Below are positions 12,662 to 25,309 of a DNA stretch of 64,000 nt, piece by piece. Under the pieces are notes generated by a model that was not told where the DNA came from, made no database searches, and worked only from the letters and a program-made list of their open reading frames with translations. The position numbers and the translations under genes were made by a program. Position 1 is the first letter of the stretch. Every line of letters starts with the position of its first letter. Source of the stretch: Octopus sinensis (taxonomy: Eukaryota); assembly GCF_006345805.1 (NCBI RefSeq), contig NC_043004.1, positions 6,386,001 to 6,450,000 on the forward strand, written 5' to 3'.

Positions 12662-12847
12662 AATTCAATACCGTTAACCAATCAATGGTCGTTGAGCATG
12701 GTCGTTGGCGTTAGGAAGGGCATCCAGCTGTAGAAACACTGCCAGATCAGACTGGGCCTGGTGCAGCCTTCTGGCTTCCCAGACCCCAGTTGAATCGTCC
12801 AACCCATGCCAGCATGGAAAGCGGATATTAAATGATGATGATGATGA

Positions 12848-12887
<40 letters not shown>

Positions 12888-12979
12888 AGAGAGAGAGAGA
12901 GAGAGAGACAAAGTTTAGGTTAGTTCAAATATGTTTGTGCCGACACCGAGAGCATCGATGGATGGATGAGTGTGTATCC

Positions 12980-13172
12980 AGGCAGGAAGAAAGAGTAAGA
13001 GAAAGTTGGGGTGAAAGAGTACAACAGGGGTCGCCACCAACCCCTGCCAGAGCCTTATGGAGCTTTAGGTGCTTTCGCTCAATGAACACACACAATGCCC
13101 GTTCTGGGAATCGAAACCGCGATCCTCCGACTGCGAGTCCGCTGCCCTAACCACTGGGCCATTGCACCTCCA
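12980..13172 (-). mobile_element. SINE family C (tRNA-Arg-like head), 5' part
   Basis: Reverse complement of tggaggtgcaatggcccagtggttagggcagcggactcgc; homologous to 18159-18527. Confidence 0.85.
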
Positions 13173-13809
13173 CTGCTGTTGTTGTTGCTGCTGCTGCTAC
13201 TACCACTACTACTGCTGCTGCTGCTGCTGCTACTACTACTACTACTACTACTACTAGCTGTTCTCAGGCTGAAACCATTACGTTTTTACCAAATCAATAA
13301 TTTTATTCTGTTTTTTGACCAATGTAAATAATATGGAACAGCTTCAGGACAGTGACTTTCCCATCAATCCAGCATCGTTTAACCATGTAATCGATTCATT
13401 TGTTCATCATCAGTTGTTTTGACTTGGAGCCAAAGTTAGACAGATCTTCAAATCTATATTTTAGATAATAATTAAGCAGTAACCTGCGTAGGAAGGTTCT
13501 TGTTGCTGTTTTTAGCTCTGTACTGATGCTGATGGAAGAGGCCAATGATCAAAGATATTCTAGCCATGTCTATTCTGCTGCATCACTTCATTCTTTGAAT
13601 GTTGTGTAATTATTTGATACGAGCAAAACGCCCCTTGTCCAATGGACAGTGCTGAGTTGTCAAACATTTAAACCAAATTTTCTCAAAACAACTTGTCCGA
13701 CTGTCCCATAGGCCTCCCCTTTGAGAAACACTGATTTAACCTAAATTTGAGACACCAGCAAAAGAAGAAATAAAGATAGTAGACTTTTTTTCTATTCCAA
13801 AGAAAAACA

Positions 13810-14259
13810 ATTTTATTCACACAAATATGCAACCGAAGAGTTTAAAGTACCAGTAATGATAAGGCTGTTATGATAGTCTTTCCTTCCTTCATGCCAAGTT
13901 TGAAGAAAATATCTCTTTTGCATCTTACTTTTTTGGTCTCTTAAATATATTGCATATTGTGGCATTATTTCAAGCCAGCCGTTTTTTTTTGCGCAAACTG
14001 CACATGCATTTTTCTCACGTACGCGTAGTATCAATCGCAACAGCTGATGTACTTGCGCATACAAATGCACGTTCCCACGGCTTTATTGATCGCAATATCA
14101 CCTGGAATCGATTTATGTAATTTTTTCAAGACTTATACACGTCCTGGTACCGTCGGTATCTACATATCAAATTTGAGCGCAACCGGATGGAGGATACCTG
14201 AGATCCTAAAAGACACACACACAGACAGACAGAACGGAATTTATATAATAGATGTCCAT
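13810..14259 (-). mobile_element. Non-autonomous Helitron 5' fragment
   Basis: Minus strand starts atctattatataaa followed by (GTCT/GT)n and caaatttgatatgtagatacc, like the Helitron at 57892-58262; no 3' CTAG seen. Confidence 0.6.
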
Positions 14260-14269
14260 GGACAAAGTG

Positions 14270-14659
14270 GTGAGAGGGGATCTACAGATGTTGGAACTAA
14301 CAGGGTGGATGATAGGGGACCAAGACTCTTGGTGATTTGCTGTGCTTGAGAAGACATGCCAAGCTAAGTAAAGTATGGTTGTCTTGGCATACAGGTTTGT
14401 CCCCTGCATCCCCCTCCAGCTGAGCACTCCTAATCTTGCAGGCGCGTGTGTACTGGTGCCACATGCAAAGCACCCATACCAGTGCTGCATAAAAGCACCC
14501 AGTCCACTCTGCAAAGTGGTTAGTGTTAGGAAGGGCATCCAGCCATAGAAACCATGCCAAAACTGACACAGAGTCTGGGTAGTTCTTCAGCTGGCCATTT
14601 CCTGTCAAACTGTCCAACCCATGCCAGCATGGAAAACGGACGTTATATGATGATGATGA

Positions 14660-14690
<31 letters not shown>
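14270..14690 (+). mobile_element. RTE 3' fragment
   Basis: ORF end (tgctgtgcttgagaagacatgccaagctaag), 3' UTR and (GAT)n tail. Confidence 0.85.
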
Positions 14691-15261
14691 GATTTTCAGG
14701 ATAATAGGTGGTAAATTGAAGAAGATATGGCTACTATTTCTAGTACATCAAGCAACCCTATAGAAGCTACCTCAGCCGGTTTGGTGTGTCTATATTCCTG
14801 TAACTTAGTGATTTGACAAAAGAGACTGATAGAAAAAAGTACGTGGCTTAAAAAAAAAAGTCTGGGGTTGATTTCTTCAACTGAAACCCTTCAAGATGGT
14901 ACCCCAGCATGGCCATAGTCAAATGACTGAAACAGGTAAAGGATAAAAGATATATTCACTGAAATATTTTACATTCTATGTTTTAACTTCAACAATTTCC
15001 TTTTTTAACAAAAGTGGTTTTTGTTTTTGAGGGATTTTAATATCTAAAAACTTTTGTCTTTTTATGGATGTGTGATTAGAATAATAGAAGAAAGAGATTT
15101 GTAGCAGTTCTGTGTTTGATATTGGCTTACATGCAAATATACATTTCTCCATTTCAAAGTTGGCTCAGCCAACAATGTGTTGTTACACCTTTTGCATCAT
15201 TCTGTGTGATTGGTTAGAATGGAAGGTTTCCTTCCGCTTCCAGTTTGGCGTTTGTATAAAA

Positions 15262-15534
15262 CAGTGGTTCCCAAACATTTTGGGGCTGCTGTCCCCTTGA
15301 CACCCAGACTACATCCCTAGAGCCCCACCCCAACTAACCATCACAAACATATACCTCTTTCTGAAGCAAATTCAAAGCAGCTGTATTTCACAAACAAAAT
15401 TTAATCTAACGGACTCATTATTTTGTTGTTTTCACATGAATCGCTGCCCCATTATCACTCCACTTTTCTTCAGCGCCCCCTTGGAACTTTCCACCACCCC
15501 AGGGGAGCAATATCACCCACTTTGGGAACCACTG
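15262..15534. mobile_element. hAT (Charlie-like) MITE
   Basis: TIRs cagtggttcccaaa / tttgggaaccactg; 8-bp TSD GTATAAAA / GTATAAAG. Confidence 0.9.
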
Positions 15535-15733
15535 GTATAAAGCATGACAGTCGCCATTTCTCACTAGAGAGTTTTCCTTCCTTCACTTTAGAACTCTCTC
15601 GGCTTGTAGTTCTTTCACTCACACCAACACTGGTTGCTCAGCAAGTTCTCTTGATGAGCCAGCAAACTGAACAAACAATGTTGCCTTCTTGGAGGCATTC
15701 TCGTGCACACTACTAGTGCTGCCATCGCCTCCA

Positions 15734-16320
15734 TACTTACTTTTACTTGTGACAGCATTCACCCAGGGCAGGTTGAGCCAGCTTCTTCTCTGTTCCTAAC
15801 GGCATCACGAACTATGGTGGCCCACGCTCGATGGTCCTGTGTGAGGTCATTGGAGATAGCGAGCCATTCACTGTTCCATCTGCGCAGACCGACCACCTGC
15901 GGGCCTGAGAGTTTGGAGAGGTCCTCCTTTATCGTCGTCGCCCAGGTCTTCAGCGTTTGCGTCAGCTGGGAAGTGGAGATGGGAGGAGGACAACGCGAAT
16001 CAGCTCACCTTCTGGACACTGGGCCACATGACTGAACCACCTTAAGCGCTGTCGTAGAAGCACCGAAGGGAGGGGCCGGAGATTCAGGTGATGACAAAGA
16101 CTGGCTGTAGGAACCCGGTCAATGCATCGGCAGCAAAGAATGTGGCGGAGACAGTCATTGCCAAACACCTCCAGCCCTAGCTGATCGACTACCCTCATAG
16201 GCCATGTTTTACAACCATAGAGGAGGAGAGTACAAACAACGGCCTGGTAGATTCACCCTTTGGTCACCGAGGAGATCTCTCTTCTGTCCCACAGGCACCG
16301 CTGGAGGCACACATTTTTGG
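15734..16320 (-). mobile_element. RTE LINE, second lineage (3' fragment)
   Basis: IYQAVVCTLLLYGCKTWP...LRWFSHV...LKTWATTIKEDLSKLSGPQVVGLRRWNSEW...HRAWATIVRDAV...AGSTCPG*; (CAAGTA)-like tail. Confidence 0.85.
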
Positions 16321-16459
16321 ACCAACCAACTGTCCATACTGGAAGATTTAATTTAGCCAAGCCTTGCAGGTGAAAAATTCTTCAAGCCTAGCCAGCCAGC
16401 AGGAGATCTTAGGGGTAGCCCAAAATGAGATAGTTGGATAATATCCATAGTCTCAGTTG

Positions 16460-16752
16460 TGGAGGCATGTGGTTTAGTGGTTAGGGTGTTGGACTCATGA
16501 TCATAAGATTGTGGTTTCGATTCCTGGACTGGGTGCCGCGTTGTGTTCTTGAACAAAAGGCTTCAGTTCACATTGCTCCACTCCACTCAGCTGGAAAAAA
16601 TGCATAATCCTGTGACTGACCAGCGTCCCATCAAGGTCAGTAATATATATGCGATGGAAACTGGGAAACTGGACCTTATGAGTCCACATGACTCAGGAAC
16701 GAACTTCATGAGTCTACATGACTCAAAAAGGAAACTTTACCTTTACCTTTAC
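16460..16752 (+). mobile_element. SINE family D (CORE-like) with TSD
   Basis: A/B-box tRNA-like head and (CTTTAC)n tail; 11-bp TSD AGTCTCAGTTG at 16449-16459 and 16753-16763. Confidence 0.9.
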
Positions 16753-17109
16753 AGTCTCAGTTGATTGCACTTGGGAGTTCAACTGGAAAGTTTAATGACA
16801 GTGGCTTCTGATAGACCCCTATGGAGGAGGTGCCTGAGGACTCTACTCCGACAACTCTTCCAGGAATAGTAAACAGAGAAGATGGTTGAATAGAACTGTT
16901 TCTTTTTTTTCCATCAAAACATTAAATTGGAATGTTTTTTTTCTTTTTTTCCTTCCTCTTATTGTTAATATTGATTTCTTCAGATGGCTGCAAGACCAGT
17001 TTTATATTCATGAGTCCAGGCTTTTACTGACCCCGCCATCTCTCCAACTCATTAGTTTATAAATATTGCCATACTTTAATATATCCATTCTCATTCTGCC
17101 TATACCACC

Positions 17110-17470
17110 ACAACCTTGGACATTTACTGTCACCATCACCATCACCATCACTACCAACATCACTACCTTCACCCCTCCACCACCACCACCACCACCACCA
17201 CAATTTCTTCCTACCATTATTCTCTTTCTCTCTCTCTTTCTCTCTGCCAATTCACATTTCAACTTTCTATGTTTCTGACTCCCTTATTTTCTTTTTCCTT
17301 TCAATCTTTTCTCCTGCTATCTTCCTTGGCAAAATGCAACTAACTCCAATACACTAACTCCAGTAGTAATAGTAGCAGTAGTGGTGGTGGTGGTGGTGGT
17401 GACGTCGGTGGTGGTGACGTCGGTGGTGGTGTGACGTCGGTGGTGGTGGTGACGTCGGTGGCAGTGATAG
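17110..17470. repeat. (ACC)/(GGT) trinucleotide tracts and a GACGTC minisatellite
   Basis: Direct reading; four gacgtcggtggtggt units at 17400-17460. Confidence 0.9.
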
Positions 17471-17982
17471 TGGCATTGGTGTGTGTGTGTGTATGTGTGT
17501 GTCCAGTACCCACTGCAGAGATGACCCACTAAATAATTAAATATTTCTGCATACCAAACTACACTAAGTTGTAATTCAGTGTTGAGTGAACAACTTGTAA
17601 TTAGCCGAGAACCTGATCTCTTGAATAGCTTTGGGGAGCGGGGGAAACAATGTATTGGTCTTGTGTCATTCACATCTAAGTATCTGATAATCGTAAATAA
17701 CAATGGGACAACTAATTGACTTTTCACCTCCTGCCCTTGGGACACTACCAAACACACACACACACACACACACCAAACACACACGTATGTGTGTGTGTGT
17801 ATGCATATATTTATATATATATATATATAAATGTATGTATGCATGCATAGTAATACTGACTTTTTTTGTTCAGGGCTTATATACCCCTATATTAGACTAT
17901 TTTCTTTAACGAATACATGATAATTGCTTAGAAGCTTTAAGTTTATAATTATCATTATTATTTGCATACATATATATGTATG

Positions 17983-18060
<78 letters not shown>

Positions 18061-18158
18061 AGAATATATAAAAATTTATATACAGAGAGGTGACCCTTGA
18101 CAAGATGCTTTACATACTAGAAAGGGCACCGCTCTTTGTATAAATACTGACATACTAG

Positions 18159-18527
18159 TGGAGGTGCAATGGCCCAGTGGTTAGGGCAGCAGACTCACGG
18201 TCGTAGGATTGCAGTTTCAATTCCCAAACTGGGTATTGTGAGTGTTTGAGCGAAAAAAAGCTCTATGAGGCTCCAGCGAGGGGGGGGGCAAACCCTGCTG
18301 TATTCTTTTACAACAACTTTCTCTCACTCTTTCTTCCTATTTCTGTTGTACCTGTATTTCAAAGGGCCAGCCTTGTCACACTCCGTGTCACGCTGAATCT
18401 CCCCAAGAACTAATTTAAGAGTACATGTGTCTGTGGAGTGCTCAGCCACTTGCATGTTAATTTCACGAGCAGACTGTTCCGTGATCGGATCAACTGGAAC
18501 CCTTGTCGTCGTAACCGATAGAGTGCC
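18159..18527 (+). mobile_element. SINE family C, full length
   Basis: tRNA-like head with A/B boxes, body ending ...gtcgtcgtaaccgatagagtgcc. Confidence 0.9.
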
Positions 18528-18654
18528 ATGACGACTTATATACTCTTATATATGAAAATACGTTTCTATTGACTTTTATTATGCATGCTAGCCATCGGTA
18601 TGAACATTTTTCTTAATTTTCTACCCTTATAATTTTTACAGTATATTTATATGA

Positions 18655-18882
<228 letters not shown>

Positions 18883-18884
18883 AG

Positions 18885-19230
18885 ACAGGCAGAATTGTTA
18901 GCATGCTGGGTGAAATGCTTAGCGGTATTTCGTCTGTCTTTGTGTTCTGAGTTCAAATTCTACCAAGGTCGGTTTTGCCTTTCATATTATCGGGGTTGAT
19001 AAATTAAGTACCAGTTGCATACTGGGGTCGATCTAATAGACTGACCCCTTCCCCAAACATTTCGGGCCTTGTGCCTAGAGTAGAAAAGAATATCTGCACA
19101 TACCCTTTCTGCTGAGGTCAACTTTGCCTTTCGGGTCAATGAATTAATTACCAGTTGAGTATTGGGGTCAATCTGATAGACTGGCCCCCTCCCCAAACAT
19201 TTCTGACCTTGTGCCTAGAGTAGAAAAAAA
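18885..19230 (+). mobile_element. SINE family B, one copy plus a tandem 3' partial
   Basis: Nin-like core twice, each ending ccttgtgcctagagtagaaaa. Confidence 0.85.
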
Positions 19231-19309
19231 TATTGGAGCATCTTTGTTTTTTCAAACATCTAACCATGAAGCCCAGTAAAGGTCACCACTGAAACATATG
19301 ACAGGCTTC

Positions 19310-19480
19310 TGATATGGCTGGGTGGTTATCAAGCTTGCTTTGTAACCATATGATTTCAGGTTCAGTTCCACTATGTGGCAACTTGGGCAAATGTCTTCCA
19401 CTATAGCCCCCAGACAGGTGAAAGCCTTGTGAGTGGATATGATAGACAGAAACAGAAAGAAGCCCGTCATGCATATAATA
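19310..19480 (+). mobile_element. SINE family A, 5' half
   Basis: Diverged head followed by a (GT)n tract to about 19620. Confidence 0.75.
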
Positions 19481-19488
19481 CATATAAA

Positions 19489-19530
<42 letters not shown>

Positions 19531-19662
19531 CGTGTATGTGCATTTGTGTGTATGTATGTGTTAGTGTACATGTGTTTGTGTTTGTGGGCATTTGTACATA
19601 TGTGAGTGTGTCTGTGTATGTACCCTTGTCTTGGCATATTCAACAGTAATATCTTTTCTACC

Positions 19663-20018
19663 ATAGGCCTGAAATTTTAGAGGGATGCAACTGGTACTTA
19701 ATTTATCGACTCCCAAAAGGATGAATGGCAAAGTCGACCTTGGCGGAATTTGAACTCAGAATGTAAAGATGGACGAAATACCTATTTCTTTACTATCCAC
19801 AAGGGGCCAAACACAGAGGGTACAAGCAAGGACAGACAAACGTATTAAGTCGATTATATCAACTCCAGTGCGTAACTGGTACTTATATTTAATCGACCCT
19901 GAAAGGATGAGAGGCAAAGTCAACCTCAGCGGAATTTGAACTCAGAACGTAGCAGCAGACAAAATACTGCTCAGCATTTCGCCCGGCGTGCTTACATTTC
20001 TACCAGTTCACCGCCTTA
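19663..20018 (-). mobile_element. Two stacked SINE family B copies
   Basis: Two Nin-like cores with different tail types. Confidence 0.85.
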
Positions 20019-20498
20019 AATGGAATCTCTTATTATGAAAGGCAGATTTTATCTGCCTCCCTTTGTATCTTATAGAAATCTACAATATAGGATTTCTTCA
20101 ATTACAATTTACCTAGCATTTTTAAGAGTAGAATGCATCTGGTCGTGCCAGGTCCAGTTTTTAAAATTTCAACCCCAATTAAGCAAAATTTAGAGAAAAC
20201 TCACATTGTGGTGTATAAGTCAAATGCTTTTCTTAGTGTGGTCTACACCACACGCACACGCACACACACACACACACAGTGTGCAACGAATAAAGTGAAA
20301 GTAATTCACTTTTTGTACTGAGTGACTCTTTCACTCTGCATTCCCACTTCCTCTTTACACACATAGACACGCAAATATATAAATAAAATTGTAAGCTAAC
20401 GTGTGTGTGTGTGCGTGTGTGTGAGTGTGTGTGTGTGTGTGTGAGGGTGCATGTGTGTGTGTGTGTGTGTATGTGCGTGTGCGTGAGTGTGTGACAGG

Positions 20499-21010
20499 AA
20501 AGTTTTTTAGGACGAATATAAGACCTATATCCAAGTAGCAGAAAGATCGCCCAAAAGTGTATATAGATATTTAAATGTATTTATATATTCATCTATACAC
20601 AGATGTATGTATAATGTGTGTGTATATATTTCCATAGACGTAACCATTCACTCCGCACAAAGTTTTTTAGGACGAAAATAAGATCTAAAGTTATCTCTAA
20701 GTAGCACAAAGATCGCCCAAAAGTGTATATAGATATATAAATGTATTTATATATTCATCTATGCACACATGTATGTATAATGTGTGTGTATATATTTCCA
20801 TAGAGGTAACCATTCACTCCATACAAAGTTTTTTAGGACGAAAATAAGATCTAAAGTTATCTCTAAGAAACAGAAAGATCGCCCAAAAGTATATATAGAT
20901 ATTTAAATGTATTTATATATTCATCTATACACACATGTATGTATAATGTGCGTGTATATATTTACATAGAGGTAACCATTCAATCCATACAAAGTTTTTT
21001 AGGACGAAAA
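20499..21010 (+). repeat. 160-166-bp tandem array inside the Helitron
   Basis: Units start aaagttttttaggacgaa at 20499, 20659, 20825 and 20991 (partial). Confidence 0.92.
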
Positions 21011-21258
21011 TATTTATATATAAAAGAAAGGTTGTGTGTCTGTCTACTCCGATTTAGATTCCTAACTACTCCCACATTTTGCGATGCAGTTTAACCAAAA
21101 CCGGGTATCTTATAGTCGTGATTCATATTGAGCCCTTCTGTGTATTAGCGCGCGTCTACAATGAGTCTATGATTTTACAAATAATTTACCATCATTTTTT
21201 TCCATTTTAATGCATATTTTTTAAATAAAGGGAAGTAACTCTCAAACTTCACACCAAT

Positions 21259-21780
21259 ATGCGTGCTCATATGCGACGTAATATCACATCAGCAGCATTT
21301 CCTCACACCCTCCTTGCACTTGGCGAAGGCAAAATACCAGGGGATGAAAATGGTAATATTGCCATCGATTCTATTTGTACCATTGTTAAGACGCCTTCTG
21401 ATCTCAGAGATGCAGTGTTCCCAGATCTACAAGCTAATTATCAGAATATGGATTGGATTGGCAAAAAGGCTATACTGGCTCCGAGGAATAAAACTGTTCA
21501 CCATATTAATGATGAAATGCTAAAACTCATTCCTGGGGAAGTCTATGTATATCAGTCTATCGATACAACTCCTGACCCAGAGGATGTCATCAACTATCCA
21601 ATAGAGGTACTCAATTCCTTTGAGCACCCCGGACTACCACCACACTTTCTCAAACTTAAAGTTGGTGCCCCTATAATGCTCATCAGAAATTTGGTTTCCC
21701 CAAAACAATGCAATGGCACACGTTTGATCGTTAAGTCCTTATCTCCCACCGTAAACTTATATCAATATTTGCCTGAATAA
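21259..21780 (+). pseudogene. Helitron PIF1-family helicase C-terminal fragment
   Basis: AILAPRNKTVHHIN...YQSIDT...YPIEVLNSFEHPGLPPHFLKLKVGAPIMLIRNL...CNGTRLIV; no Rep domain or N-terminal helicase motifs. Confidence 0.92.
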
Positions 21781-22102
21781 TCATCATAATTCAGTGCAAT
21801 CATTAACAGTACTTTCAAGCAATTCAGCCCCGAGCAACGCCGGGCAATTCTGCTAGTTATATAATAAAAAGAAAACTGAAATTATAAATGAATCATATCT
21901 AACATCATTGATGCTCTTTAGCTCCCAGCTCAGCATTGAAGGAGCTGGCCTACGATCAAATGCTTCCCAGTTATGACCATCATCACTTTTATTTAGTATA
22001 CCAGGGGCTATGATTATATACTGTAAAGATGGACGAAATGCCACTAAGTATTTTGCCTGGTGTGCTAACGATTCTGCCAGCTTGCTATCAATAGACAGGT
22101 AC

Positions 22103-22530
22103 AGATATGGCTGTGTGGTTAAGAAGCTTCCATGGTAACGGGATGGTTTCTACTTCAGTCCCGCAGTGCAGTGCAGCACCTTGTGAGTGAATCTGGTAAG
22201 TGAAAGCTGTGTGAAAGCCTTGTGTGTGTGTGTGGGGGGGGTGCACGTGTATGCATGCGTGCATGCGTGTGTATGAGAGTGCGTGTGCATGCATGCATGT
22301 GTGTGTGGGTGTGTCTGTGCTTGTGTCTGGCCACCACCCCTGCACACCTTGACAGCTAGTGTTGATTTGTTTATATCTTCTGTAACTTAGCAGTTCAACA
22401 AAGAAACTAATAGAGTAAGTAAAAGACTTAAAAATAAATAGGTACCAGGGTTGATCTGTTTGGCTAAATTTCTTCTGTACGATGCCCCAGTATGGCCACA
22501 GTCTAATGACTGAAAAAAGCAAAAGATTAA
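22103..22530 (+). mobile_element. SINE family A, diverged
   Basis: Head, (GT)n and 3' body with internal deletions. Confidence 0.7.
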
Positions 22531-22895
22531 TAACTACATGGCTGTCTGTCAATTTCACCAACGAATATTGCAATTGTTTGATCAACTGAACGATCAGTTC
22601 ATTTCATCATCATCATCCAATATTTTAAATTCAGGTTTTGTCCCTGTTAATGGGGGTGGATGGATCTACCTCAATGCCATAGCAATCAAGGTAGGCAGGT
22701 ACAGCCCAGCCCAACCTTTGGGCTGGCTGACTGGTACCCATCTTCCCTTGCTATCATGAGGCTTTATTGGAGCTGGATTTTCTACGGAGAGCATACCCTT
22801 GCTTATCCCAAACCTCAGTTTCTAGACATGAGTGGCCCCAAGACCAAGGCCTCTACTACAATTTTTAAGAAATGTAGTGGAAAACTAGCTCGGGA

Positions 22896-23037
22896 AAGCA
22901 GGGACGCTACTCCCTGAGACCCCTTTCAGAGCCGCCCTATCTAAGGCAGGGATGCTACTCCCTGAGACCCCATTTGGAACACCCCTACCTAAGGCAGGGA
23001 TGCTATTCCCTGAGACCCCTTTTTGGAGCACCCCTAC
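22896..23037. repeat. 48-bp minisatellite, three units
   Basis: gcaggga at 22898, 22946 and 22994; each unit has a caggga/tccctg inverted repeat. Confidence 0.9.
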
Positions 23038-23269
23038 ATGGCATATAAGTAGCTGAGTATTCCACAGGCACATACACCCTTAATGTTATTCTCAAGGTAA
23101 TTCAGCAGCGCAGTCTGTGAAGAGGCTGGTCTTTTGAATCACAGAAGCAGTCCATCTGACAGGCTTCAGAACAGTTTCTATCAGTTCAGTTTCATTTACA
23201 AGGCTTGAGTTGATGTTTGCTCAAGATGCCATATGGTGGAATAAAATCTTGACGTTTATTATTGGCAAC

Positions 23270-23645
23270 TATCACCATCACCACCACTACAACCACCGTC
23301 ACCACCACAACCACCACCGCTACCACAGCCATCACCATCAACACCATCACCACCTTCACAACCACCAACACTACCACAACTATCCCCGCCACCACAACCA
23401 TCGCCACCACCATCATCACTACAACAACCATCACCACTACCACCATCACCACTACCACAACCATCACCACCACCATCACCACCACCACCGCAACCATTAC
23501 CATCACCCCTTCCACCATTACCACTTTCATCACCATAACCATCACCACCACCACAACCATTACCATCACCACCTTTACCACTCTGATAATCACTACTCTT
23601 ATTACCTCGGCAACTATCATCACAACAACCTCCACCATCATCATT
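23270..23645. repeat. Degenerate (ACC)n tract
   Basis: Explains overlapping Thr-, His- and Val-rich ORFs. Confidence 0.9.
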
Positions 23646-24219
23646 TCATAGCTTTTTGAGATACAGAGAACTCTAGATTTAATTTCTAATTAGAATTAAA
23701 TTCAACTCTAAATTAATTACATTCAATCAGAAAGTTAAAGATCACATTCACTTCCCACTGAATTCTGTATTTAATTAATTTTGATTAATCAAAATTTTAG
23801 GGCTGTTTTCACTTGCTCTTTTTTTATATTTTTTTTACCAGAATTACAATTTATAAAATGATTGTTTGTTTCATTAAGGGTGCAATTTTAATTAATCAAA
23901 ATTACTTGGTTTACTACATAATGTGTACTAACAGCCACTTTTAGTAATGTTATCTGTAGTAGACCAGCTTCTGGTCCCATGGTGGGTAGCAGAATATATC
24001 TTTCATTTGCTTAGAACCAGAAAAAAAAAATACTGAAGAAAAATGCTTTATCTCTAAGAAACTTTGAAATTTCATAAAATGAGTATTGTTTTATTTTCTC
24101 TCTGCTTCTTTCAGCCTGACTGACCTGGTTCTCAGAGCCAATTATTCTTCTGAAGGTACAGATCCATTTTGCCAATTTCCATTACCTATATTGGCACTAT
24201 TGATGAGAAGCAGTACACC

Positions 24220-24430
24220 TATGTATGTGTATGTTTGTAATCCCCAACATTGCTTGACAACCAATGCTGGTGTGTTTATCTTCCCATAACTTAGCGGTTC
24301 AGCAAGAGAGACCGATAGAACAAGTACTAGGCTTACAAAGAATAAGCCCTGGGGTCGAATCGCTCAACTAAAAGCGGTGCTCCAGCATGGCTGCAGTCAA
24401 ATGACTGAAACAAATAAAAGAATAAAAGAA
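24220..24430 (+). mobile_element. SINE family A, 3' half
   Basis: cttgacaacc...gactgaaacaaataaaaga. Other 3' halves at about 14770-14950(+), 29850-30050(-), 36720-36935(-) and 44270-44495(+). Confidence 0.85.
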
Positions 24431-24907
24431 AAAAGTGTAATCTGAATGCCAAATGGCTAAGGATGCTGCACTCTTAAGAATATACTACAAGGCAATATTT
24501 ACATAACAAAAGTACTCTAATATGTACTCTAATATTGCATGGTCTCCTTACCCACTATGCAGTCTACAGGGTCACTCCAACCAAACCCTTTAAAGTAGGA
24601 GAGGGTGGGGCGAACCAGATGGCTGCACCAGGCTCCAATTGAAACTCTGCCAGATCAGATTGCAGCCTGATGCAGCCATCTGGTTCACCAGTTCAGTCAA
24701 ATCGTCCAACCCATGCTAGCATGGAAAGTGGACGTCAAACGATGATGAGGATGATGATAATGGATTCCAAAAGAAAAAGAGGAACCTTATACATAGTAAT
24801 GCTATATGTGAGAAATAGCAGCTAAATCTCCCTTGAATCATACTCTACCGTTTTCAAAAGGAAAGAGATATACATATCTAGGATAACAGAGCCCTAGATA
24901 CATCCCT

Positions 24908-25070
24908 ATATCTGATGGCATATAAGACACTTTTTTTTTTAAATCACCCTGGATTCTGTATGTAAAGTCTATATGACTTTAGTTCCTTAAAAACTTTTTT
25001 CCTGGGCATGCATAGCTGAAATTGGGGTGTGTCTAATATACACATGCATCCATTATGCCATCAAATATGG
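24908..25070. mobile_element. Small TIR DNA element
   Basis: Imperfect TIRs atatctgatggcata / tatgccatcaaatat. Confidence 0.55.
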
Positions 25071-25309
25071 TATATATTCAACAAAGACAAATAATCAAAC
25101 TGGAATATTTTTGATCATAGGTTTGCTAAGAAAAAGAAATAGGAGGTTGGTTAACTAGGGACTAAATCAGTAATTCCCAAATGGGGTCCATATGATCCAT
25201 GAAGGTTCATATGACCCTTGAGGGTCCATATAAGATTTTGTTGTTAAAATGTAAGCATAAAAAATTACTTACACTACTACAATACACAAAATATTTAAAT
25301 TTTTCTTAT

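Larger units (their letters stand above)
20026..21856 (+). mobile_element. Composite non-autonomous Helitron
   Basis: 5' TC after A (20025/20026); 3' hairpin gccccgagcaacgccgggc plus CTAG before T (21856/21857). Contains a tandem array and a PIF1 fragment. Empty site preserved at 33941/33942. Confidence 0.85.

Noticed and set aside
16460-18240. tRNA genes at SINE-C and SINE-D heads
   Set aside because: A/B boxes are present but there is no complete cloverleaf and each runs into a SINE body.
22896-23037. CRISPR-like array of palindromic repeats
   Set aside because: The spacers resemble each other, there are only three units, no cas genes, and the context is eukaryotic.
23192-23659. Mucin-like Thr-rich or His-rich protein
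   Set aside because: Degenerate (ACC)n is open in several frames on both strands. The same applies to the YIYI, CVCV, THTH and MYVC ORFs elsewhere.
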